Below the pieces are notes generated by a model, which saw only the letters and a list, made by a program, of their open reading frames with translations, had not been told where the DNA came from and ran no database searches. Shown here one piece after another: positions 20,354 to 30,442 of a stretch of 64,000 bases of DNA. How positions within the stretch are numbered: the stretch's first letter is position 1; each line of letters starts with the position of its first letter. This DNA comes from Salinispira sp. (lineage in GTDB: Bacteria; Spirochaetota; Spirochaetia; DSM-27196; Salinispiraceae), in contig CBDDDG010000021.1 in NCBI GenBank assembly GCA_965226555.1, positions 96,001 to 160,000 on the forward strand, in the 5' to 3' direction. A program made the translations under genes and the position numbers.

Positions 20354-20579
20354 CTTTGTGATACAATCTCCCGCGTGAGTATCGAAACAGCGCATATCTA
20401 CAGGCATGGAAACAGAAAGACAAATTTTTCTACACTGAGAGATGTATATCTTGCGGAGGCCACCTCCATTACAACGAAGAAATAGTGAAAAAGATAATGA
20501 GAGGATTGCGCGATTTCCGTTCCACAACATTCCCGTCTATATTCCGATACGGAATAAGCTCAAGGCGCAGGCCCCTGCT
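20354..20579. repeat. 226-bp direct repeat, left copy (duplicated 3' end of the SH3 gene plus downstream sequence)
   Basis: Matches 22245-22470 with two visible mismatches. Confidence 0.95.
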
Positions 20580-20686
20580 CAAGTCCTTGCTCAACACCTG
20601 CCCGCCATGGGTCATCTAAAAGATCTACCAACATACGTTTTACCTCCTCAGGATTGTCCTGCCGGCTACATGGCGAACAAGGCCAA

Positions 20687-20962
20687 TTAATGCGATCCGT
20701 TCCGCACTGTCCGCATTTCCTCATCGCTCAGCCCGGTAATCCTCTGAACAGCCTCTGTCGACAAGCCTTCCGAAAACATACTGCGAGCGTTTTTTCTCCG
20801 CTCCTCAATATGCCCCTCCGCGCGACCTTTCAGAATACCTTTCTCCATTCCTTTCAGAATACCTTTTTCCATTCCTTTCAGAATACCTTTCTCAATGCCC
20901 TCAGCCCGGCCCTTCGCAATGCCTTCCCTTACGAAGGCGTTGGTAATATTATATGTCCGCAT
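20687..20962 (-). CDS. Predicted intragenic small protein (Rpn-S type, 91 aa) of Rpn3
   Basis: GGAGGAG-aaaacagt-ATG in frame. Confidence 0.65.
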   Translation of the reverse strand: MRTYNITNAFVREGIAKGRAEGIEKGILKGMEKGILKGMEKGILKGRAEGHIEERRKNARSMFSEGLSTEAVQRITGLSDEEMRTVRNGSH

Positions 20963-21712
20963 ACTGTTTTCTCCTCCATGGTACAGTTCCCTGTTAATTT
21001 TTTCAAACTGCTCATACAGTCCCAGATCTTTTAGATATCCTAGCACACTCTCTGCCAGATCAGTAAAGTCTTGTGATGACAGACCATTCAGGAGCTGCGC
21101 AATCTCTTTCAGCCCCTCAGCGTTCATTTCATTATCTCGCATTATATACCACAACACAGTCGATGTATATCGTTTTCCATCGAAACGCCATGCCAACTGC
21201 TCCTTTTTCATTCTACAAAGATCGCGCACAATGTACGACACTCTCGCCCTGACATCTACCGTGCCTTCGGTAAGGGATTCGGAAGCAGCATTTCCATGAG
21301 AACTGTAAAATGTGAGTGGGAGGTTCCATTCCTTTTTTCCGTGGTAGAGCAGAAGTATATAGATAGCATCATTTTCATTGTACACATTGCTGTTTCTGAG
21401 GGCATATTGATAATTATCGATTTGTGTGAGAGCATGTTTGTGCTGGTAGCTTTTGTGTTCAATAATAAACAGGGCCTTCCGGTCGGGGTCTGACAGGAAG
21501 GGGGCGCTGACAACGAGATCGCAGTGAAGGTTCTTTTTTCCCGCAATGTAGCTGGGGGTTTCAATGCGGATTTTGTCTATGTCCAGCTTGGTAAGAGTCG
21601 TATCCTCACAGAACAGCCGCAGCAGGTCGGGAATCATACGGGGGGTTCTGTAGTAGGCGATCTTGAAGGCTATGTCGTGGATATGGCCTGTGCTGTGGGA
21701 TGATTTTTTCAT
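20687..21712 (-). CDS. Rpn/YhgA-family PD-(D/E)XK nuclease (Rpn3)
   Basis: Close paralog of Rpn1 and Rpn4; start MKKSSHS. Confidence 0.92.
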   Translation of the reverse strand: MKKSSHSTGHIHDIAFKIAYYRTPRMIPDLLRLFCEDTTLTKLDIDKIRIETPSYIAGKKNLHCDLVVSAPFLSDPDRKALFIIEHKSYQHKHALTQIDNYQYALRNSNVYNENDAIYILLLYHGKKEWNLPLTFYSSHGNAASESLTEGTVDVRARVSYIVRDLCRMKKEQLAWRFDGKRYTSTVLWYIMRDNEMNAEGLKEIAQLLNGLSSQDFTDLAESVLGYLKDLGLYEQFEKINRELYHGGENSMRTYNITNAFVREGIAKGRAEGIEKGILKGMEKGILKGMEKGILKGRAEGHIEERRKNARSMFSEGLSTEAVQRITGLSDEEMRTVRNGSH

Positions 21713-21746
21713 AAATATTCCTTCTATATCTATAACGGGTAAAATG

Positions 21747-21965
21747 TCATTTTTGACTATGTTTTTGAAAAGAATTTTGCAAAATTTGTGAATTTTTTTC
21801 GGGGAGTCGGGAATGGGGGATGGTATGCTCTGTGTTGATGCTCTCCATGCTCCGCGCGAGGCCTTTGTTGAAGTAAGAGTATATGAAATCCTGGAATATC
21901 TGAGCATTCCTGAAAGCATATTTCCAACTTTTGTCATGTACCATACCGATATATTTTCCGCTCAT
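21747..21965 (-). pseudogene. Truncated Rpn N-terminus within the upstream module
   Basis: MSGKYIGMVHDKSWKYAFRNAQIFQDFIYSYFNK resembles the HD..(F/W)K..F..P...DF start of Rpn proteins. Confidence 0.6.
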
Positions 21966-22244
21966 ACCATATAGACGGGTTAAATATGAACGGTGAATGA
22001 CAAAATGAGAAAATTTTTCAAAAAGTTTCTATTATTTTGCGATATTACTGTTTGATCAGCCCGGACGCATGGCAAGCCGGATGCGCTTGGGAGAGCAGGA
22101 CTGCAACGCGATCAGCCCGTACGCATGGCGAGCCGGACGCATGGCGAGCAGAATGATAATTGAGTGTTCATCCCTGCCGCCAATGGGTAAGTATCCGATA
22201 TTCTCCACACATCACTACCGAACAGTGAGTTTCCAGAGCTTCCA

Positions 22245-22470
22245 CTTTGTGATACAATCTCCCGCGTGAGTATCGAAACACCGCATATCTACAGGCATGG
22301 AAACAGAAAGACAAATTTTTCTACACTGAGAGATGTATATCTTGCGGAGGCAACCTCCATTACAACGAAGAAATAGTGAAAAAGATAATGAGAGGATTGC
22401 GCGATTTCCGTTCCACAACATTCCCGTCTATATTCCGATACGGAATAAGCTCAAGGCGCAGGCCCCTGCT
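22245..22470. repeat. 226-bp direct repeat, right copy
   Basis: Matches 20354-20579 and overlaps the last 111 nt of the SH3 gene. Confidence 0.95.
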
Positions 22471-23685
22471 GGTATAGGTGTAGAAAAAATTCATACTGCT
22501 GCGAATTGTTGTATTCGGGAGGGTGAAGCTCAATGCGCCGTCATATTCTTCCTGCAATTCAGGGGTAAGATACAGCGGGTAGGCAAGCTGAAAGGAGCCG
22601 GTGAACCATTCCGGGAATATATCGGAGCCGCTGCTTGAGTATGACCTCCAGTTTCCTCTGCCAGTATCATCCAATTGTATTGTTCCATAGCGGGTGCTGC
22701 CGAGTCTGTTGCCGCGGGAGAGAAGATCATTGAGGAGCTGCTGTCTTCGTTCCTGCTCCGTGGAAACAATCTGTTCAATATCGATGTTCTCCTCAAGGAG
22801 TATAAAATTTTCCGACAATATTTCGCGGCCGATGTTATATTGGATACTGATGCGAGTGTCGCTGTACACGGTAATGAGAAGGTCACTGCCGATGGCAAGG
22901 TATTCCTTATAGCGGGCGAGAAACAATTCTTCATAATCGAAGGTCAGCTCATATTCGGGTGTTCTCAGAATGAAATGGTTCGTTTCATTATCATGATAGA
23001 AACGATAGATGCTCTTAAAATGTGAAAGATCATAGGTATTTTCATTAATCATCCATTGAAAATATTCCGGGCGCCATACATTCGTCAGCACATTTTCAAG
23101 GTCCTCATCAACAGCTGCCAATTTTTCTTCAGTTGATATGCCGTCTGCATCGACCTTGTCCAGACGATATCCGAATATGTAGCCCCGTGTTCCATTCGAT
23201 GTGAGCACTTCAAACCAGTAATCTCGGAGGTTCGCAATTTCAATTTGATCTTCGGTCTGGCTGAGTATCTTTACCATTTCACCCTTTGAAAGGCGGTAAA
23301 TTATTGATGTTGATCGATCGGTGCCCATTGCATTCCTGATGGGGAGCGCCTGAATTTCAGCAATGCCGAAGTATGGCGAGAATTGTTCGTATTCCTGTCG
23401 GGAGAGTTCGAGTTCTGAATTGTTCCGGGCAATGTGTATTCTCCATGAATCGAGCTCAACTACCTGTTTTTCTCCCTCATTATCGGTATAGCGAATTTCG
23501 TAGGTGTTTCTCAGTTCTGATTTGTTGAAAATACTCACAATAGCGCCCGAGGGAATGGAGCCTTCATCGTGAGACCAGAGAAGAAGCCCGCGATCAATTG
23601 GACCGCAGGAAGACAGTATGCTGACAATAACGATACCAAAGAGAAAGTTTTTTAAGAAAAATATATATGGACGCGATATGCACAT
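22360..23685 (-). CDS. SH3-domain lipoprotein (spirochaete conserved type)
   Basis: Lipobox ILSS-C; SH3b-like ALPIR...IIYRL.KGE.VKIL...WFEVLT.NGTRGYIFG. Confidence 0.75.
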   Translation of the reverse strand: MCISRPYIFFLKNFLFGIVIVSILSSCGPIDRGLLLWSHDEGSIPSGAIVSIFNKSELRNTYEIRYTDNEGEKQVVELDSWRIHIARNNSELELSRQEYEQFSPYFGIAEIQALPIRNAMGTDRSTSIIYRLSKGEMVKILSQTEDQIEIANLRDYWFEVLTSNGTRGYIFGYRLDKVDADGISTEEKLAAVDEDLENVLTNVWRPEYFQWMINENTYDLSHFKSIYRFYHDNETNHFILRTPEYELTFDYEELFLARYKEYLAIGSDLLITVYSDTRISIQYNIGREILSENFILLEENIDIEQIVSTEQERRQQLLNDLLSRGNRLGSTRYGTIQLDDTGRGNWRSYSSSGSDIFPEWFTGSFQLAYPLYLTPELQEEYDGALSFTLPNTTIRSSMNFFYTYTSRGLRLELIPYRNIDGNVVERKSRNPLIIFFTISSL

Positions 23686-23714
23686 TCCTGTTCATATACC
23701 ATGAAAAGGGAATG

Positions 23715-24551
23715 TTAATCAATGATAATGAGAATACGCCCTTCCTGAAGAATTTTCCTCTGTGAAGGATAGTGGAGCAGAACATCGGCATCGGCGCGGG
23801 GAATAATGATGTCGGCGGGTGTTATGCCGAATGTTCCGACTGCCAGTATGCGCAGAGGATTTTCCCCGACCCGTTCACTGTTCTCGGTGAAATTTTGTGA
23901 GTAGGCAGCGCCGCCCCATGCCCGGGCATATTCAGGGTTCATTCTGTTTCGATCAACAATAAGGCGAAGGTTTTCATCGTAGATAACAGGAAAAACTGCG
24001 GGTTCCAGCGCGGCGGAAAAATTTTCACCATGAACCGGAAGTTCTCTCCGGGCATAAATAACAAGCCCCGTATATTCCGAGCCCGGCTGCCATTCGAGAA
24101 CCATTTCCATGGGGAAGGGGATCGTATGACGTACCAGAGCTTCAGTGAGGGCAGGGTAGAGGGCAAGCTCAAAACGGCTGAAAATGCTGTTTTCTTCAAC
24201 ATTGGGAATAGGGCTTGTCATGCTAACAGCATTACTGATCGTATCTGCTATCGTCAGCATGGAAGAATTCTCACGGGCAAGATCGCCGAATGTATTGCCG
24301 GAGGTAATTTGCAGGTCGAGTATCCTGTTAAACATGGATCGTACGGCAATTGTATGAATTTCACGTTCTGTTATATAAAACGATTCAGCATGACCACATT
24401 GTTCCTCATCCACTATTTTTCTGATCGAAAGCGAGAGTATACCGCTTTGCCAGTCCATAGTACTTTCTATGATTTCCTCAGCAACAAGATCAAAGGAAAA
24501 AATACTCATAATAAACAGAACAAAATACTTCATACCCTTCCCCTTATTCAT
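23715..24551 (-). CDS. Conserved exported hypothetical protein
   Basis: Signal peptide; YTGLVIYAR..LP, P.IYDE, RVGENPL motifs; operonic. Confidence 0.7.
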   Translation of the reverse strand: MNKGKGMKYFVLFIMSIFSFDLVAEEIIESTMDWQSGILSLSIRKIVDEEQCGHAESFYITEREIHTIAVRSMFNRILDLQITSGNTFGDLARENSSMLTIADTISNAVSMTSPIPNVEENSIFSRFELALYPALTEALVRHTIPFPMEMVLEWQPGSEYTGLVIYARRELPVHGENFSAALEPAVFPVIYDENLRLIVDRNRMNPEYARAWGGAAYSQNFTENSERVGENPLRILAVGTFGITPADIIIPRADADVLLHYPSQRKILQEGRILIIID

Positions 24552-25845
24552 TATCGGAATGCGTATCGTATACTATAAGACGCGCTCCAATGCTGAGAAT
24601 ATCATTTTGTCCGAGGTCATTGAGGGCCCGCAGCTCGTCAATGCTCATATTATAGCGTCTGCCTATATTCCACAGGGTATCGCCTGCCGCAACGGTATGA
24701 AAATGGTTTTCGCGCCCGCCGTTTTTGTTCTGCTCGCCGTTTTTGTTATGCCCGGCGTTTTTGTCGCTCTTGCCAGTTTCGTTGTTTTCGTGAATGGTGA
24801 TGGTGCTGCTGACGATATTGTAATATCGATGGGGAAATTTCACATAATGCTTCCCTGAAGGAACAATAGTATCAAGATACTCAGCATTTCCTGCAATGAG
24901 AGTGCTTAAAGGTATGCCGGTTTTTTCGGAAAATTCTCTGAGATTACCCGAAAAGCGAATTCGCTGCCAGTTATATGGAGGAGCCCAATCGAGCATAATT
25001 CCGAAGCGTCCCGGGTACATACTGAGAATGCTTGTTGCAATAAATTTGGGAACATAATGTGCGGTTTCAGCGCTTATGCGGTTATTTTCCGCGCCCTGTT
25101 CTAATTCCCAGAAGGCGCTGCCGCCATTGCCCGCGCTGCCGCCATTGCCCGCACTGCCGCTGTTCAATATAGCTCGGGTCATACGTCCGAGCCCTCCGTT
25201 ATAGGCGCCAATGGCGAGGAGCCAGTTGCCTGTTTCGCGGTAATTGTATAGCAGTTTCTCCGCTGCGGCATCGGTAGATTTCCAGAAATCGAAGCGCTCA
25301 TCCCATGAAGGACTCAATGCTGAAGCCTCAAGAAACGGAGCCATGGAATTATCGGCAAACTGCCACAGCCCCCGCGCGCCGGTGCGGCTTTCCGCAGTTA
25401 TATTAAAGGCCGACTCAATATAAACAATAGTAATAAGCTCGCCGGGCAACTGCCGTTCATGAAGGCTGGCCATAATAAAATCGCGGTAGAGTTCTCCACG
25501 CAATCGAGATTTCTGATGCGCCCTTCGGGAACTGGTTTTTAATGCCTCCGTAATTGCTTCACGAACAGGCGCGTGCTGAAGGTCTTCCGGTGAAAAAACC
25601 GAGAATAGGAGCGGTCCCGCATGAGTCTGAAGTGACGGCAGGGGAGAGTTCTGCGGATCGCCATATTCGCCCGACCATGCGGCTTCGCTATTGTTCCGCA
25701 GGGCATGAAGATTCACCGCCAAGAAAAATAAGAGAAGGAGAGAAAAAAGTTTCCGCGAGCGCAGTTTCCGAGAGTATACTTTCTGAAAGCGCGTTGCCCT
25801 AGAGTGTGTCTCCGAAAAAAATTCCTGCCCATTCCCAATTCCCAT
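24544..25845 (-). CDS. Lytic transglycosylase (SLT/MltD-like) with C-terminal LysM
   Basis: IESAF..AES.TGA.GLWQF, AYNGG.G, ET.HYVPKF, HTV..GDTLWNI. Confidence 0.9.
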   Translation of the reverse strand: MGIGNGQEFFSETHSRATRFQKVYSRKLRSRKLFSLLLLFFLAVNLHALRNNSEAAWSGEYGDPQNSPLPSLQTHAGPLLFSVFSPEDLQHAPVREAITEALKTSSRRAHQKSRLRGELYRDFIMASLHERQLPGELITIVYIESAFNITAESRTGARGLWQFADNSMAPFLEASALSPSWDERFDFWKSTDAAAEKLLYNYRETGNWLLAIGAYNGGLGRMTRAILNSGSAGNGGSAGNGGSAFWELEQGAENNRISAETAHYVPKFIATSILSMYPGRFGIMLDWAPPYNWQRIRFSGNLREFSEKTGIPLSTLIAGNAEYLDTIVPSGKHYVKFPHRYYNIVSSTITIHENNETGKSDKNAGHNKNGEQNKNGGRENHFHTVAAGDTLWNIGRRYNMSIDELRALNDLGQNDILSIGARLIVYDTHSDNE

Positions 25846-26833
25846 GTATTTCAGGATCGGCAGGATAGTCTACTTTTCTGAAATAAAAATACCAGTTCGG
25901 AATGCGGTAACTCCAGCCGGAGGTTTTCAGAAAGGCCTCGGTCTCATTCACAATAGTGAAATCGGCATCGGAAGTAATTCGCGGGGTTCGAATTAAAAAG
26001 AGCCCAATATCGAAACGCAGTTGGCTGTTAAAATCGGTTACATCCTGCAGCCAGCTCATGGCAAAAAAAGTTTCCTTTGCCCTATACCGTTCAAGAACCC
26101 CCGGCTGCTTGCGCGTAAGCGCATTTTTAATGTTCTCCACAAGTGTTGTGAGGCTGGGGTGGGTCCAATCTTTACGGCTGTTATAATGAAAATCGAGCTC
26201 CCGGGCAATCTCCTGATGAATATCCGGTTTGCCGGGGACAGTTGTATCAGGATAATTCTGGAATTCTTCAAGGGCAGTAAAATAGTCCTCGAATTGCCCA
26301 TTCCCCCGGTATTCCTGCGCGAGCCTATACCATGTGCGCCCCGGGTTAATGCGTTCCGAAAAGCTGTTGAGAAGATGGCGGTAGTACCGTATACGGCGCG
26401 CGGGGTCAGTAACCTGAAATAATAAATTGTGCAGAGCAAGATAATGTATGGACTGATCTTCAACAATGGTGTCTTCATGAAGATTCAGCACCTGTTCATA
26501 ATAAAAATTGCTCATTTCGGTATTTCTGTCGCGATAATGCCCCGCAACAAGGAGCATATAATATCCGGTAAAGGAATCGTCCGGATTCTGAATACTATAT
26601 TGGTGAACAAATGATCGGAGAGAATCAATTCCCTCATCGGCAAGAATTTTTTTCAATAGATCGCGTATAATAATGAAGCGCCCCGAATAATTGTCTTCTT
26701 CCATAATTCTGCTGAGCAGCGGCGTATACTCGGCGCCGAGAAAGGCATAGGCGGAAACATCACCATAATCGTCCGAACAGGCGAGGAATATACCACATAC
26801 GAGAAAAATACAAACACAATTCTTCATGCGCAT
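25799..26833 (-). CDS. TPR-like lipoprotein
   Basis: Lipobox FLA-C; helical repeats; WEWAGIFFG C-terminus. Confidence 0.7.
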   Translation of the reverse strand: MRMKNCVCIFLVCGIFLACSDDYGDVSAYAFLGAEYTPLLSRIMEEDNYSGRFIIIRDLLKKILADEGIDSLRSFVHQYSIQNPDDSFTGYYMLLVAGHYRDRNTEMSNFYYEQVLNLHEDTIVEDQSIHYLALHNLLFQVTDPARRIRYYRHLLNSFSERINPGRTWYRLAQEYRGNGQFEDYFTALEEFQNYPDTTVPGKPDIHQEIARELDFHYNSRKDWTHPSLTTLVENIKNALTRKQPGVLERYRAKETFFAMSWLQDVTDFNSQLRFDIGLFLIRTPRITSDADFTIVNETEAFLKTSGWSYRIPNWYFYFRKVDYPADPEIHGNWEWAGIFFGDTL

Positions 26834-26955
26834 GCATTATAGCATAAAATATGACAGAAACTTTTGCTTTCTGACAAAAGTTTCTCCTACATAGTTGACG
26901 CTTTGTAAAATTATTGATAAACTTTCTCTTAACTATATTCTGTATGGAGGAATGT

Positions 26956-28212
26956 ATGCAGATTTCTGATAATAAAGATAAGGAAAGCAGGAAGCGCTTT
27001 CTCAGCCCGCAGCTGCTGAGAGGGCTCTTTTTCATGTTTACCCTAATATTAATTCTCACGGCCTGTGAAATGTACGATGCGAACGGCTTTAACGATGCCG
27101 GCATTCATCAAGACACCGGCACGCGCTACAACCCGGACGGCTATGACGCAAACGGTTTTGATGCGGGCGGCTATAACGCAGACGGATATGACAAAAGGGG
27201 CTATGATGCGGGCGGTTATGACGCAGACGGCTATGACACAAGGGGTTATGATGCAAACGGTTTTGATAAAATGGGTATGCACCGCGACACCGGCACGGAA
27301 TATGACCGCTCCGGTTACGACAAAGACGGCTACAACGCCGCCGGTTTTAACGCGCTGGGCATTCACCGCGACACCGACGATTTCTACGACCCGAACGGCT
27401 ACGACAAAGACGGCTACAACGCGGCAGGCTTTAACGTTGAAGGAGTTCACCGCGACACTGGTAATTTTTATAACCCTTATGGTTACAACAAAGACGGCTA
27501 TGACACATACGGTTATGCTGCCGCTGGGTATCACAGAGACGATTTCACCACGCTCTCTGCTGCCGGGAATACTGATCCCACAGGCATATGGTCGAATGGA
27601 ACAACAATGTGGGTGTCGGATAATGACGATGACAAAATCTATGCCTACAACATGATTACTAAAGAACGCGATGCGGATAAAGATTTCAACACGCTCAGTG
27701 ATGTCGGGAATAATAATCCTCACGGCATCTGGTCGGATGGAACAACAATGTGGGTAACAGATAGCACCGATTCAAAAGTCTATGCCTATAATATGAGTAG
27801 CAAGGCAAACGAACCTTCAAAAACTATCTCCACACTCTCGGGTGTCATAGGAGTCTGGTCGAATGGGACAACAATGTGGGTGGCGCAGTTACTTAATAAT
27901 AGTCCCATTTATGCCTACACTATAAGTGATGGGATGTCCGATAGCGGTAAAGATATTGCCACTACGTCTACTCCCCGGGGACTCTGGTCGGATGGGACAA
28001 CAATATGGGTGACAGATAAGATGAGGAAAACAATTGAAGCCTACACGTTTGATGGAGTACGCACAAACGCAAAAGATATCGCCATACATACTACTGGAGA
28101 GATATACGATATCTGGTCGGATGAAGAAACAATGTGGTTAACGGATAACACCAATAACAACATTTACGCCTACGACTTAGCGGCCGGGGCGCGTCCGCCC
28201 ACGGGAGAATAA
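26956..28212 (+). CDS. Lipoprotein with G[YF][DN]xx repeats and a five-repeat beta-propeller-like domain
   Basis: SD GGAGG; lipobox ILTA-C; many GYD/GFN pentads; five GIWSDGTTMWV-type repeats. Confidence 0.8.
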   Translation: MQISDNKDKESRKRFLSPQLLRGLFFMFTLILILTACEMYDANGFNDAGIHQDTGTRYNPDGYDANGFDAGGYNADGYDKRGYDAGGYDADGYDTRGYDANGFDKMGMHRDTGTEYDRSGYDKDGYNAAGFNALGIHRDTDDFYDPNGYDKDGYNAAGFNVEGVHRDTGNFYNPYGYNKDGYDTYGYAAAGYHRDDFTTLSAAGNTDPTGIWSNGTTMWVSDNDDDKIYAYNMITKERDADKDFNTLSDVGNNNPHGIWSDGTTMWVTDSTDSKVYAYNMSSKANEPSKTISTLSGVIGVWSNGTTMWVAQLLNNSPIYAYTISDGMSDSGKDIATTSTPRGLWSDGTTIWVTDKMRKTIEAYTFDGVRTNAKDIAIHTTGEIYDIWSDEETMWLTDNTNNNIYAYDLAAGARPPTGE

Positions 28213-28298
28213 GCGCCCGCAGGTGCTTGGAAAATATATTTCGTTATGATATACCTTGCCTATGAGCAAAAGTTTCAAAGAGTTTTTGGAGGATTCTG

Positions 28299-28460
28299 AT
28301 GCAGAAGTATGTGTGTGAAGTTTGCGGATACATTTACGATCCGGAAGAAGGCGATCCCGATAATGACATTGCCCCCGGGACATCTTTTGAGGCAATTCCA
28401 GATGACTGGCTCTGCCCTATGTGCGGCGCGGGAAAAGAAGATTTTTCACCCGATGACTAA
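28299..28460 (+). CDS. Rubredoxin (53 aa)
   Basis: Not in ORF track. [60 protein letters not shown]. Confidence 0.97.
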   Translation: MQKYVCEVCGYIYDPEEGDPDNDIAPGTSFEAIPDDWLCPMCGAGKEDFSPDD

Positions 28461-28471
28461 GGGTAATTATC

Positions 28472-28598
28472 AGAAAGTTTTGCATTGGAAAATTGTGCAA
28501 GCACAATTTCCAGTAGCAAAACTTTCTATAAAATAGGAGAATGCTAAGCACAAAGAAAGCATTCCAGATCGGAAACTTTTGCTTTATGCAAAAGTTTC
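28472..28598. repeat. Family A repeat, copy with rearranged hairpin modules
   Basis: Same three modules as 1537-1663, but the long inner hairpin sits inverted in the first palindrome. Confidence 0.88.
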
Positions 28599-28627
28599 TA
28601 TCAGTCCCGAATCGTCAGGGGGTAATG

Positions 28628-29683
28628 TCAGACGCGCAATGCTTCAAGACGTTTATAATGATCAAGAATGACAATTGCGGCCATCGATTCCACAACCGGC
28701 ACGATACGGGGACATATGCAGGCATCATGCCGTCCCTCAGTACGTATTTCTTTTTCTTCGCCCTGTTTGTTAACCGTGCGCTGAGCCCTGCTTATGGATG
28801 AAGTCGGTTTCACCGCTATGCGAAAAACAATTTCAGCCCCAGTCGAAATTCCGCCAATGATCCCGCCCGCATTATTACTCATAAACCCGGATGCATCCAT
28901 CTCATCATTATGCTCACTTCCCCGCATATCTGCCGCTGCAAAGCCCTTTCCGAATTCAATGCCCTTCACCGCGCCAATAGACAGCATGGCATGCGCAAGT
29001 TCCGCATCGAGCTTATCAAAAACAGGTTCCCCAAGACCCGAGGCAACCCCCTGTATTCTGCACTCAACAATTCCGCCCATACTGTCATGCAATTCCTTTA
29101 TTTCCGTTATTTTCTCAGTCATACGCTGCGCCGCCTCAAGGTCGGGCGCCCGGAGAGGGTTTTTCTCAATAACTTCAGGATCAAAATGAGTAATTTCTAT
29201 TCCCGCGCTTCGGCGTGTGTAGGCAAGAATTGTTATACCCCTCTCACGGAGTATTTTCCGGGCAAGAGCTCCCGCCGCAACCCGCCCGGCAGTTTCCCGC
29301 CCGCTGGCGCGCCCGCTGCCCCTCCAGTCGCGAATGCCGTATTTTTGCGTGTATGAATAATCGGCATGCCCCGGGCGGTACAGGTTCTTAATGTCCTCAT
29401 ATGCGTTCGGCTGCGCATCCTTATTATAGAGAATCATCATCACCGGAGTACCGGTTGTTTTCCCCTCAAAAATGCCGGACATAAAATGCACAATATCCGG
29501 TTCCTTCCGCGAAGTCGTAATTTCCGACTGCCCAGTCTTCCTCCGATCAAGTTCCTTCTGAATATCCTCCGTCGATATCTCAACCCCCGGCGCAACCCCA
29601 TCCACAATAACACCAACAGCGCCCCCATGCGATTCCCCAAAGGTCGTTACCCTATACAGTTGCCCAAAACTATTCCCTGCCAT
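28628..29683 (-). CDS. aroC: Chorismate synthase
   Basis: [34 protein letters not shown]. Confidence 0.98.
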   Translation of the reverse strand: MAGNSFGQLYRVTTFGESHGGAVGVIVDGVAPGVEISTEDIQKELDRRKTGQSEITTSRKEPDIVHFMSGIFEGKTTGTPVMMILYNKDAQPNAYEDIKNLYRPGHADYSYTQKYGIRDWRGSGRASGRETAGRVAAGALARKILRERGITILAYTRRSAGIEITHFDPEVIEKNPLRAPDLEAAQRMTEKITEIKELHDSMGGIVECRIQGVASGLGEPVFDKLDAELAHAMLSIGAVKGIEFGKGFAAADMRGSEHNDEMDASGFMSNNAGGIIGGISTGAEIVFRIAVKPTSSISRAQRTVNKQGEEKEIRTEGRHDACICPRIVPVVESMAAIVILDHYKRLEALRV

Positions 29684-29999
29684 CAACCATTCCTCACTGC
29701 CCCTCTTTTGCCGTCATTGTATACTATTTTAGGAAACAAAGCTGCCACACACAAAATAATTATCCGCAAAGAACAGTAGCCAATGCTCCTTTAGTATATT
29801 CAGCTCATGTGAGGGTTTTTTTGTGATGGCTTGAAAAAGAACAACCCTTCCCGTAAAGTAGTTGTTACAAATCATTTTGAGTTCGAGAAATCGGCCATTA
29901 GACAGCATGAATCCGCCAAAATCCAGCCCATATCTGCTGATTTATTGATTTTACTAGGGATTCAGTAAATCTGAATTAACCATTGACCGCATAATTGAG

Positions 30000-30317
30000 C
30001 TAAAACAACGGCGTTTTACGCAATGTAGTGTAAAATTTCCGAGTTTCAGAGATTCCCTTTAGATTACCTGTGTTCGTTATCATCATCATTTGGCGATTCT
30101 CTGGAATGCTCTCGGGATATAAAATTTGATTTAGTTCAAGGCTCCTTGCAATTATCCTATCTTGCTCAGTATCAGAAACATTTGAGAATTCCTTTGAATT
30201 AATTAGAGCATGTAAATCTTCATGTTCTTCTTCCAATTCTTCTCGTTTTTCTTCCTGTTCCCTCCGTTCTGCTTCCATCTCTTGCTGTTCCATCCATTTC
30301 TTTTTAGCCATTCCCAT
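30000..30317 (-). CDS. Hypothetical protein (Glu-rich N-terminus)
   Basis: ORF with upstream GAGGAG SD; AT-rich; no recognisable family. Confidence 0.45.
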   Translation of the reverse strand: MGMAKKKWMEQQEMEAERREQEEKREELEEEHEDLHALINSKEFSNVSDTEQDRIIARSLELNQILYPESIPENRQMMMITNTGNLKGISETRKFYTTLRKTPLF

Positions 30318-30442
30318 AATATTCTCCTCATCCTCTTTCTATAAAAGGTTAATATATTAATACTATTTTTAAATGATTTTGGCAAGTGTCCTATTTTTCT
30401 GCGACCAATTCAACCATAAGTGCACCCTCCCTCATTGGTAAA

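Noticed and set aside
20687..21937. Long N-terminal extensions of Rpn3, Rpn4, proC, lepB and the AlbA gene in the ORF track
   Set aside because: The extensions run through repeats or opposite-strand genes; paralog alignment and SD positions support the downstream starts.
28309..28801. ORFs 28309-28536 and 28541-28801
   Set aside because: These are an alternative frame of rubredoxin and family A repeat or aroC antisense; similar peptides arise from the other repeat copies.
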